From a virus (Duplodnaviria > Caudoviricetes), in the IMG/VR virus record IMGVR_UViG_3300027744_002036, positions 1 through 24,702 of that record: a DNA stretch of 24,702 nt. One strand, 5' to 3'. Positions 6,127-14,900 of this stretch are shown here, piece by piece. A program made the translations under genes and the position numbers. Below the pieces are notes generated by a model, which did not search any database, had not been told where the DNA came from, and saw only the letters and a list, made by a program, of their open reading frames with translations. Every line of letters begins with the position of its first letter. The stretch's first letter is position 1.

Positions 6127-7461
6127 TTAGTCTTCTTCGCCTGGACCGTTGTCGAAGTCTACTGCGACGAAAGCCTCTGGACGCTTCACTGCAAGAGCAA
6201 GGCGCTGTTCGGCAAGAACAACGATTGCGTTGCGGACGAAGAAATCCGAGTGCTGCTCGCTGATGCGAATCGATGCTTGCTCACGGTCGTACAACTGTGC
6301 GCCTGTACCGAATGCACCGACAAGTGCGGTACCTTCTGCCATTGCTGGAGTGTCAATGATTGGCATTCTCCATACCTTTGGCTCGCCACCCATTGCAACC
6401 GAAACTGCGATGAGGTACTGACCATTGGCGTCCTTCGTCAATTCGATGTTCTCCCAGTCGTTTGGATGCATAACCACACCAGATGGCTCGTAGTAAGCCA
6501 AGAAGGAGAGGGTTGCAGCACGACGGATTGCATCGGCCTGAGTGTCACCAGCTATACCGGATGACCAGGCGTAGTTCTGAATGCCTGGTGTCTGAAGAAC
6601 ACCCAAAAGATTCTCGCCGGTACCATCACCGTTAAGAATTTGGTTGTCTTCCAACAAGCGGAGGCCGTACATGAGCTCATTGTCGATGATTGAGCGCAAC
6701 TGTGGCTCATCGGCTAGGACGTTGCGGTGTGCAGCTTCCCAGTGTGCCAATGTGCGGATTGGAGCTTGCTCACCAACGAATGCGAATGACGACTGTGGCT
6801 TGATGCCAAAGTTGCCACCTGAACGCTCTGCAACCGAGGATGCACTGTTTGTGCCGCCGCCAGCCACCGAAGTAAAACCGAGTTGACGGAAGTACTCAAT
6901 CACTGCTGCTGTTGTGGTGCGAACTGGGAACAAGTCACGAACACGCTTTGTGCGCATTGGAGGAGTCACCATTGGGTCACGTTGGATTGTTCCGAACGAA
7001 CCAGGAGTGCCTGATGGCAAAGCCGAGTAGACGTCCTTTACGTTGAAGCTTCCACCTGTGAATGAAGCACCGACCTGCCATGCAGCTGCCATGTTCGCGC
7101 CATTCTTGCCGTTGTTCAATGACTTGAACTCTGGCGACTGAAGGAACATTTCGCCGATTGACTTGATTTCACGACTCGACAACTGCTGAACATCTGCTGT
7201 TGCTGCTGCGTATTGACCGGAAACGGTTTCTTGTGGGGCATTCGACCAGTCAGTTACACTGCTCATCGTCTCCATGCCTTCAATCAAGGACTTGATTTCC
7301 TTGATGTCAACCATGTTCTTATCGAAAGCTGATTTCTGCTCTGCCGAAACGACTACAGTGCCGTTTTCAATCTTGAATGAATCTGCAATGGCCTTATTAT
7401 CTGCCATCTTTGTGCGAAGAGCTGATTGCAACTCTTCTGTTCTTGCTTTGTCTTGCGACAT
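6127..7461 (-). CDS. Major capsid protein, HK97 fold, with N-terminal coiled-coil delta domain
   Basis: RVRDLFPV, KPQSSFAF, RTLAHW, LADEPQLRSIIDNELMYGL...QILNGDGTGENLLG, VVMHPNDW..I.LTKDANGQYL, FVRNAIVVLAEQRLALAVKRPEAFV; AGGAG RBS at 7469-7473. Confidence 0.96.
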   Translation of the reverse strand: MSQDKARTEELQSALRTKMADNKAIADSFKIENGTVVVSAEQKSAFDKNMVDIKEIKSLIEGMETMSSVTDWSNAPQETVSGQYAAATADVQQLSSREIKSIGEMFLQSPEFKSLNNGKNGANMAAAWQVGASFTGGSFNVKDVYSALPSGTPGSFGTIQRDPMVTPPMRTKRVRDLFPVRTTTAAVIEYFRQLGFTSVAGGGTNSASSVAERSGGNFGIKPQSSFAFVGEQAPIRTLAHWEAAHRNVLADEPQLRSIIDNELMYGLRLLEDNQILNGDGTGENLLGVLQTPGIQNYAWSSGIAGDTQADAIRRAATLSFLAYYEPSGVVMHPNDWENIELTKDANGQYLIAVSVAMGGEPKVWRMPIIDTPAMAEGTALVGAFGTGAQLYDREQASIRISEQHSDFFVRNAIVVLAEQRLALAVKRPEAFVAVDFDNGPGEED

Positions 7462-7613
7462 ATTTTTTCTCCTATTGAGATGTGAGGGTTGATTGTTTAC
7501 TTGTATTACTTACCGTGGCTTAGGTAAGCACCCAGCCCTAGTCATCAAATGTACTAGAGATTTACAGCCAATAGTGCAACTACTTTAGTTAAGGACTATT
7601 GTTTGTAAATAGT

Positions 7614-8051
7614 TCAGATATTTTCTGTTATCTCATTGACTATTGATGACTTCTTTTTCAGTTTTCTTAACTCTTCGCTAACTATCGTCCGAACTACGTT
7701 TCTCGTTGCTTGCTGTTGGTGTCTTCTTCCGAGATGGGTGGAACCAGATAGTCGTGAGTAATCGCTCATATTGGTGCATGGCATCCATACTGCCCGGCCA
7801 TTTTTGGACATTCTTCTGCTTATTCCAACGCAGCCAAGTTGCCTTGCCCTAAAACGAGCCGACTCTGGGTCAACAAAAACATCAGGGTCGTTATCTCTTA
7901 CATATTCAGGACCTTGGTTGGCAGACTTAAAGGGGCCAGAGGTTATTCCAGGGCCAGAACCATCTATTCCGACGATTGGGGCTTCTCGTAGTTCCTCCCA
8001 ATCCTTATTCTTCTTCTTTCTGGACCCAACGGCTCTAATTTTTGGGGACAT
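7614..8051 (-). CDS. Hypothetical protein with DUF3721-like motif (145 aa)
   Basis: FVDPESARFRARQLGCVGIS...WMPC resembles the A..LGCxG...WMPC pattern; starts 1 nt after the upstream stop. Confidence 0.7.
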   Translation of the reverse strand: MSPKIRAVGSRKKKNKDWEELREAPIVGIDGSGPGITSGPFKSANQGPEYVRDNDPDVFVDPESARFRARQLGCVGISRRMSKNGRAVWMPCTNMSDYSRLSGSTHLGRRHQQQATRNVVRTIVSEELRKLKKKSSIVNEITENI

Positions 8052-8052
8052 A

Positions 8053-8796
8053 TTAAAATTTCCTTGTTTTCTTAATAATAGCCATCCGTTTTCTATTACG
8101 AATAGTATTTTTATCTTTGCTCAGATTGGAAATTTCACCAATGTTTTTTGTTCTTCTCTGCAGTCTCTTTTTGGTGGTTTTCTTTTCTGTTCCGATTGCT
8201 CTACCAAATCTTCTTGCGGAGTTATTTCCTGTTATTCCCTTTATTCTCTGAGGGGTATAGTCGTCGGAAACATCAAAACCGCGGCTCCTAAACATATTTG
8301 CTGATTCGTCAAATCCAATTTTGTTTCTACTCATCTCGTTGGTCATGGAGCTAAGCATTGAGTCAGCCTTGAATGCACGAGCTTTATATGCAACTGCATT
8401 TGACTTTCTTCCAAAGCTAAACCTTCCGAGACTGACTCCAGAAATTGGCAAAAGTGAAGACTTGATGTCAAAGACCATTCGGCCCAGATACAACGAACTA
8501 CCCGTTGGCTTCCTGTCGACAATAATCGAGTTGGTTGTTTCTTCAACCTCCTGATTGATTCCGTATGCATCAAATAATGTTTTTGCTGCCAAATCAGAAA
8601 GGATGCCCTTGCTGGATATAACCGTTCCGTCAGGGGTGCTCCAACAGCATGACGAATCATCCTTGGAGCTCATCTCCATGGCCCACTCCATGCCCTTCTG
8701 GTGGACGCCATAAAAATCCGATTTGTCATTGTTTGTAACAACTACGGCAAAAGGAGTACCACGTATTACGTCAGTAACTACAGCAAATGATGTCAT
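8053..8796 (-). CDS. Hypothetical protein (247 aa), basic C-terminus
   Basis: Long ORF with TAATG overlap with the upstream gene; no family recognised. Confidence 0.75.
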   Translation of the reverse strand: MTSFAVVTDVIRGTPFAVVVTNNDKSDFYGVHQKGMEWAMEMSSKDDSSCCWSTPDGTVISSKGILSDLAAKTLFDAYGINQEVEETTNSIIVDRKPTGSSLYLGRMVFDIKSSLLPISGVSLGRFSFGRKSNAVAYKARAFKADSMLSSMTNEMSRNKIGFDESANMFRSRGFDVSDDYTPQRIKGITGNNSARRFGRAIGTEKKTTKKRLQRRTKNIGEISNLSKDKNTIRNRKRMAIIKKTRKF

Positions 8797-10817
8797 TATT
8801 TACCTTTCAAAATTTCTGCGATTGTTCGCTTTCTTGTTGTCAGCGATTCAAGTCTATTTTCGTAAAGTTTTCCGATAATTGACAAGTGGTTCTTTTCACC
8901 GATAGTTAAACCGTTCGGGTTGAGTTTGTTGCGTAGGTCGGCAACGCTGAAAGACATTGCCCTTCGAATGTAGGAATCTATTGATTTCCTCATCATCACC
9001 TGTTGCTCGCCTCTTAGTGTGTTGTAGTACTCCGAGTATCTTGGGATTCCCAGAGACACGTAATATTCCTCAATATTCATTTTGGTTCTTTTTGTTATTT
9101 CAATATCGGCAAGAGCAATCAAACCAGATGTTGTATTTTGCGCAAGCATTGGAACCGTTCCCGATGCTGTTTCGAGTGGATATATGGAAGAACCAGGTCT
9201 TGTCCGTTGGTCGGTCAAGAAGTCGGAAATCATTATCTTGGCTACGTCTTCTGGTTTTAGGTCATCAAATTTGATATTTGGATTAAATTTAGAACCCTTA
9301 AGTGCTGTCTCTACATCCTGACGGAGGTAACTTCTTCTATCCGACGGACCACCAACGAAAAGGACATCAGGTGACTCAAGTCCAAGGTGTTGTTGTACGT
9401 CTGCAGCGAATCGTTCAGCTAAGTGCTGAAACTTGACGGGTGGATTGTAAAGAAAGTACTTATCGCTACCATTGACAACGAGTGATTGTTCGTTGTTTAA
9501 CTTTTGAACCTTGAGTATGCTCGTGCTTGCAAGAACGACAGCTAGAAGTTTTGGCGATATATCAGAAAGCGTTCCTCCGGACTCGATATGTGCAAGAGCC
9601 TCGTCAAGAGTGTCTATTTTGCCGCTTATTTTTTCATTGGAATTTGACTCTCTAGAGATTGTTCCAGCTTCACCAATTGGTTTCTTTATTTTACCCTTAC
9701 CAAAAACCTCGCTGGCCCATCTCTGTTTTCCATTTACTATTGCGTTTGGGTTTTTTACATTTGCAAAATATTCTTCATAACCAATACCATCACCAGTTTC
9801 ATTGGCTACGGCTTTCAGTCTGGCGGCTGGGTCAGATGAGTTATTCAGAGTCATTGATGTATTGACTGTTCTTCCGAGTTTTCTTCTTTCACCAACCTCT
9901 AGAACTCTTTTCTTTTCGAGAGAAAGAGTTGAACCACCAGGAAGAATGTAGACAATTTTTCTTACACCGGTATTAGAGAGTAGACCCAATTCGTCGTTTC
10001 CTATTTCGGAAGGGGAGAATACCGACATTATGTATGTAGCCCCCTCCATGTCCCTGTTGTCTGGTATGGCTCTTAGAACTTTTGCAGGAACAACAGGCTG
10101 CAGGACAAACCCATCACGTCTTACCATTCTTACCGCACGAGACGACGAAGAGGATATATCCCTAACCATGTCGGCCGCATTTCTTGCAGCAGAAGCTCTG
10201 TTGTCTTGGGATACTTTTGGTATTGTTGGTTTCCTTGACTGAATGAGTGAACCCTCTGTGGGAACTCCGAGTATTGGACTTCCCTCAACCATCTCAACTT
10301 TTGGCTTTCTGTTAACTTTTCGTATTGCTCGAAGCGCTAGACCCAGCGGAGATGGTATGTCAAAAAGCTGAACTCCGCATGTCGAGAGTCTTGAATCGGT
10401 GAATCTTCCACCGTATTGATATCCTTCTGGACACCTGTACCCCCTGTTTTGTCCTGGCATAGAGCCACCTATGCCGCCAGGTTTTCCTGGAGTCAATGTT
10501 CTATACACAGCAGAACGAACTGGTGAGAGGAATGGGTCGGAATCACCAGGTACGGCGAGACTTGTCAGTGTCGAACCAAGTTTTCTTACCGCATTTGCCT
10601 TGGTTTCGATTCCGGATTGATTAATATCTTTTCGCCGTACGTTTCCGTTTCTGCGAGAAAGTGCTTTATATTCAATTACATCTTGAGTGAGTTCTTTTTT
10701 TGAACGAACTAGTCCGTGGTTTTTCTTAACCATCGAATCAAAAAGTATGTGTCGAGTAACGACAACACGCTTTTGCTCTACGGCCTCCGGGCAGCACCCC
10801 TCGTTAAAGTCATTCAT
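8796..10817 (-). CDS. Multidomain protein (673 aa): RCPxG..FTD..C motif, degenerate JAB/MPN-like and degenerate HipA/PI3-4-kinase-like domains
   Basis: ATG at 10817 overlaps the upstream gene end; YRCPEGYQYGGRFTDSRLSTCG; HLAERFAADVQQHLGLESPDV...IMISDFLTDQRTRPGSS. The ORF is solid; the domain calls are tentative. Confidence 0.75.
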   Translation of the reverse strand: MNDFNEGCCPEAVEQKRVVVTRHILFDSMVKKNHGLVRSKKELTQDVIEYKALSRRNGNVRRKDINQSGIETKANAVRKLGSTLTSLAVPGDSDPFLSPVRSAVYRTLTPGKPGGIGGSMPGQNRGYRCPEGYQYGGRFTDSRLSTCGVQLFDIPSPLGLALRAIRKVNRKPKVEMVEGSPILGVPTEGSLIQSRKPTIPKVSQDNRASAARNAADMVRDISSSSSRAVRMVRRDGFVLQPVVPAKVLRAIPDNRDMEGATYIMSVFSPSEIGNDELGLLSNTGVRKIVYILPGGSTLSLEKKRVLEVGERRKLGRTVNTSMTLNNSSDPAARLKAVANETGDGIGYEEYFANVKNPNAIVNGKQRWASEVFGKGKIKKPIGEAGTISRESNSNEKISGKIDTLDEALAHIESGGTLSDISPKLLAVVLASTSILKVQKLNNEQSLVVNGSDKYFLYNPPVKFQHLAERFAADVQQHLGLESPDVLFVGGPSDRRSYLRQDVETALKGSKFNPNIKFDDLKPEDVAKIMISDFLTDQRTRPGSSIYPLETASGTVPMLAQNTTSGLIALADIEITKRTKMNIEEYYVSLGIPRYSEYYNTLRGEQQVMMRKSIDSYIRRAMSFSVADLRNKLNPNGLTIGEKNHLSIIGKLYENRLESLTTRKRTIAEILKGK

Positions 10818-11445
10818 CGTTGCCACAACATTCTTTGTTCATGTATTCATCTGACATCGGAAGAGACTTAACAAGACCGTCGACATCCTCGCCCTCTATT
10901 TCCCAGTTTTCGCTATCGCGCAAGAATTTAACAAATCCTGGTTCCATCTCCATGAATTCGCTAAGGACATTCATGCCGTGGTCAAAGTCGGAATTTGTTA
11001 CAACTGGGAGTGGTGAATTCTCTCCAGATGGAACAAAGTCATGGAAGAAGGTGTCAGTCACTCCTTCGAGTGCATCTTTCTTTCTACTACCGAGAGAGCG
11101 CAGATTTCTAGAAAAGTCACTGTTGCTCCAGTTTCCCTTTTTGAGTTTTCCCCTACAGTTCTTCATGGTTGGGTGATGACACCCCTCATTCGGCCATAGA
11201 CCAGTTGTCTCGTGATGAAGCCAAGCGCAGATTCGCTCGAGTGGGTACAGTTCTGGATGGTCGGCAAGAATGACTCGGCATCGACGAAATCCACCCGGCT
11301 TCTTCATTATTGGTCGCCAGTATCTAAGAAGTCTCTCAAGATTCCCTCGGCGAGGTCCGTATCCGCGAAGGACGTCACCACTGACAAGCTCCTGGGGAAT
11401 TATTCCACCAAGTGGGTCTGCCTTTGTGTTTATATCCCTATCCAC
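10810..11445 (-). CDS. Phage head-associated-type protein (211 aa) with W..PGxFxRC...CAxLH..xTGxWP motif
   Basis: LLRYWRPIMKKPGGFRRCRVIL...ICAWLHHETTGLWP, a motif I recall from actinophage head-region proteins; GTG start with AGGAG upstream. Confidence 0.7.
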   Translation of the reverse strand: MDRDINTKADPLGGIIPQELVSGDVLRGYGPRRGNLERLLRYWRPIMKKPGGFRRCRVILADHPELYPLERICAWLHHETTGLWPNEGCHHPTMKNCRGKLKKGNWSNSDFSRNLRSLGSRKKDALEGVTDTFFHDFVPSGENSPLPVVTNSDFDHGMNVLSEFMEMEPGFVKFLRDSENWEIEGEDVDGLVKSLPMSDEYMNKECCGNDE

Positions 11446-11935
11446 GCCACTGTTCTCCTGATTGATGAAGCATTTTTATAACCGCCCATGCCCTATTTCG
11501 GTCATTTGTCGATTTAATCTGTACATCAGACTTTACCACTTGTTTCGTCTCTGGATTAAACGCCGAGGAGGCCATACCCGATAAAAAGTCTGCTGCTGCT
11601 TTTTCTTTTTGCTTAATCTTCTTGACACCTTTGCCTAGGTCGGTTTTTACGACCACACCATCAAGCAAAACTTTGTCTATCTCTGTGTGTTTTGCTATGA
11701 ATGTTTCAAACCATTTCCCGCTCGTTGGCTTGATTGGTGAATCCCAAAGAAACCTATGAAATTTTGTATTTCGAATCTTGTTGATTTTGGGATTTTTTGA
11801 TACGTACGGGAAAAAGGAAACCTTTGTCTCCCTTCCGGACTCCATGACTACATAACCGTCTGAATTCTGGTTTTTTGCGTCAACGACATAGTAGACCTTG
11901 TCCCCATAAACGCTCCCTACCAAAACCGCCTTCAC
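11438..11935 (-). CDS. Hypothetical protein (165 aa)
   Basis: GTG start overlaps the giant ORF stop (GTGA at 11932-11935); its end overlaps the next gene. Confidence 0.75.
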   Translation of the reverse strand: MKAVLVGSVYGDKVYYVVDAKNQNSDGYVVMESGRETKVSFFPYVSKNPKINKIRNTKFHRFLWDSPIKPTSGKWFETFIAKHTEIDKVLLDGVVVKTDLGKGVKKIKQKEKAAADFLSGMASSAFNPETKQVVKSDVQIKSTNDRNRAWAVIKMLHQSGEQWRG

Positions 11936-14900
11936 GATGGGTCTCCAAGCATGGAGTTAGCTTTGTTCTTTCTCATTTTTGTGAGCATTGTTTTCATCGA
12001 CACTTCCATCTCGGAGAGTATCTGTCCGATGATTATCTTCTCAACATCCTCGTTGCCCTTGGCAAGTTTGTCATAAGTTTTTGGATTTTCAATATTTATA
12101 CCTTTAGGGTGAGCAAATTTAACATACCCAATTCCTTGGCTTTCGTATTTCTTTTTAATCTTTTTAGCAGCCCTATATTCCTTCAGTCTCTGAACGCTTG
12201 CCCCAGTTAGTGGTTGACCGTTTGACATAGAGTAGAAATAGGCTATTTCTTCTTTTGTGAAACCTAGTTTTGCCAACTTTGCCGTGATGGTTTTCTCTGG
12301 AATTGCGTCCTGCACTTCTTCTTGCTCGGAAAGTTTTTGAATTCGCGAAAACGGATAATGTATGCCTTCAACATCGTCCTTCTTGAATCCTCCCAATATC
12401 TGAGCTTCGAATGGTTCGTGTGCTCTGTCTGTTGATGGGTCCATTTTCCCCACTGGAGCCATTCTTCCGTTGCCGTCTCTTCGTGCTCCAACCTTTGTGA
12501 AGTCTTTGTCTATTCCGGCTGACAAAAGGTGAATCATTGAGTCAACATTTCTCTGGCTGGATTCAACACCATGCGTGTTGGTTAGTGCGTCGGAAATGTC
12601 GTCTCTGTTATTTGAAGTGAGCATTACTGGTCTATGTGCCGTATTGATGCTCTCCCCGATTCCGTAGGCAGTTCTTGAGCCAACCTCAGGCCTCAGTACA
12701 ACCTCTATTTCCCCAAGTGCAGTCAAACCGTCACCGACGACATCACTGTCTTCGAGTTCAAATATTGCGTCTGAACCATGATTGCCTGAGCCTGACTGCT
12801 TTACCATATTTTTCTTCTTATCTACATGGGACTTGTGCACCAAGTAGCCGCTAACCGGACGAGCGGATTCTGGGGTTTCACCATGTATTCCAATTCGTGA
12901 TTGATACTCATGGCGATAGTTCTCTATTGCCGAACCCTTGCGAACAATACTCCTACTACCGACAGCCATATCCGCACCAGAGCTGAGACCTTGACTACTC
13001 GGGAGCGGCTCTCCCCTGCGCGCTGCAAGAACGTTTTCAATATTGACTTCTTTGCCCTCTTTCTCTAAACGTATTGCTCGAGCCATAAGGGCACTGGTGA
13101 CATAACCCCATTCATCCTGTCGTACCCTTTCGCTGGTAAGTGGGTTGTACCCTCTAACGGGGGCAGAAACACCAAATACGGGTTTTACTTTTCCAAGTAT
13201 CTGTTTTTCCCCCATCGAACTAGGACCGAGGTCGTCCGATATGACCGAGGGGTCAGTGACGAGATAGGCGGAACCCCTGAGACTACTCATCCACCTATCA
13301 AAAGTGGTCCTGTCCTGAACATCGTCATACTGGGGGCGCTTGCGTAACTTGGCTTCTAATTCTGTTCGATATGTTGCAATATCTTTTGGAATGACAGAAC
13401 CGGCATTTCTTCCAAAGTAACCACTCGTGGTAATACCTTCAGATGCTGGATAGGCACTAACAAAACCAAATTTACCTACGCCCTGTATTGCCCCAAGGGT
13501 CTCGTCGTTTTTCTTTATTTGTGGTTTTATTAAATCCAACTCAGAATTAATTTTCGACAATGCTGCGGCGCTGTTCATTTTAGTAAGGTCGTATTCGATT
13601 CCTTCCTCAAATCCAACCGCCCCCAGACTGGTTGTATTAACGCCAAATAATCTATTGAGATACGCTGCTTCCATTGCGTCTTTTGGTGTGTAAGTTTCTT
13701 CTCCATCATTGAATGACTTGAGTATCGACTCGGCGGATGTTAGTTTACCCTTTAACCCGTCGTTCTTTGTTTTTAGTTTGGAAATTTGGTCTTCATTCAA
13801 TGCACCAGTATTCCCAGCCCCACCTACAGCACCAATATCTTTACCACCTACGGTTCTGGATGGGTCCAATACGCCCCCATCAAGTTCGGCCTGTCCGACG
13901 TGTATGGCAGCATCACCATAATCTTCGGGCTTGAGTTGTTTGTATTCATCAAGAAGAATTTGGAAATCCTCTGGAGTAAGGTCTTCGATGTCTATGGTGT
14001 TTTGTTCTGTGCGAACCTTTTTTGTTTTTGCAAGGTGCTCAGCAAGTACAACTTCCTTTTTGGACAAATCGAGTTTTTCTTCTGCTAAATTTACCAGAGA
14101 CTCTACATTTCCAAATCTTTTTTCTATCTCTTCTTTGGATATATTGACCGGTGGTATATCTGCATCAAACTTTTCGGCGTCACCCTTGAAGTCGTCATGA
14201 TTGGCTATAATAACGCCGAATTCTTCACCCCTCCACTCACCAGTTTTTCTTAGAACATCAAGTGCTTTCTCAAGGTTGGTAACTCTTTCTTTGGCTTTCG
14301 TGGAGCGTTCTTCTATCTTTGTCGTTCTCTCAATGGACCTTGGCGACAAGTTGCCTTTACTCCTTCCAGAGGAAAGCGATGACCCAGCCTTTTGGGGTGC
14401 GGTCTTTCCGGTTTGTGAACGACCTACATTCCTTGCAAATTGCGCACCTTCGTCAGTCACTACTCGGCGAGTTGTGAAGGTGGAGTCAGGGAAGTCCGCT
14501 TTTGCGACTTCTACCAGGGCTTGTGCGAGACCTGATTTCCTGTGCTCTTCATCAACATTGATAGACATCAAATCGTGCACGTTTAATTTCCCATCATTCA
14601 TTATGAGAACCAATTTTGCGATGCTAGAAGATTCGTCAAGTCGTTTATCACCCGAGAATACGTAATACCTACCCTCAACCCTGTCTTCGTCTTGAGCTAT
14701 GACGTATTGCCTTCCATCTGGTGCTTTGTAATTAGCGAATACCCTGTTTTTCTCTCCATACTTCCCCTTATATGAGGCTCGATACATATTGAGGTTCTCA
14801 ACTCGGGATGACGTAAGTTTTTCCGTGGAAATTAGTTCATCGGTTTCATGAAGACCAGGAACATCCCCAACTATCTTGAAAAATTCATCTTTATCTATTT

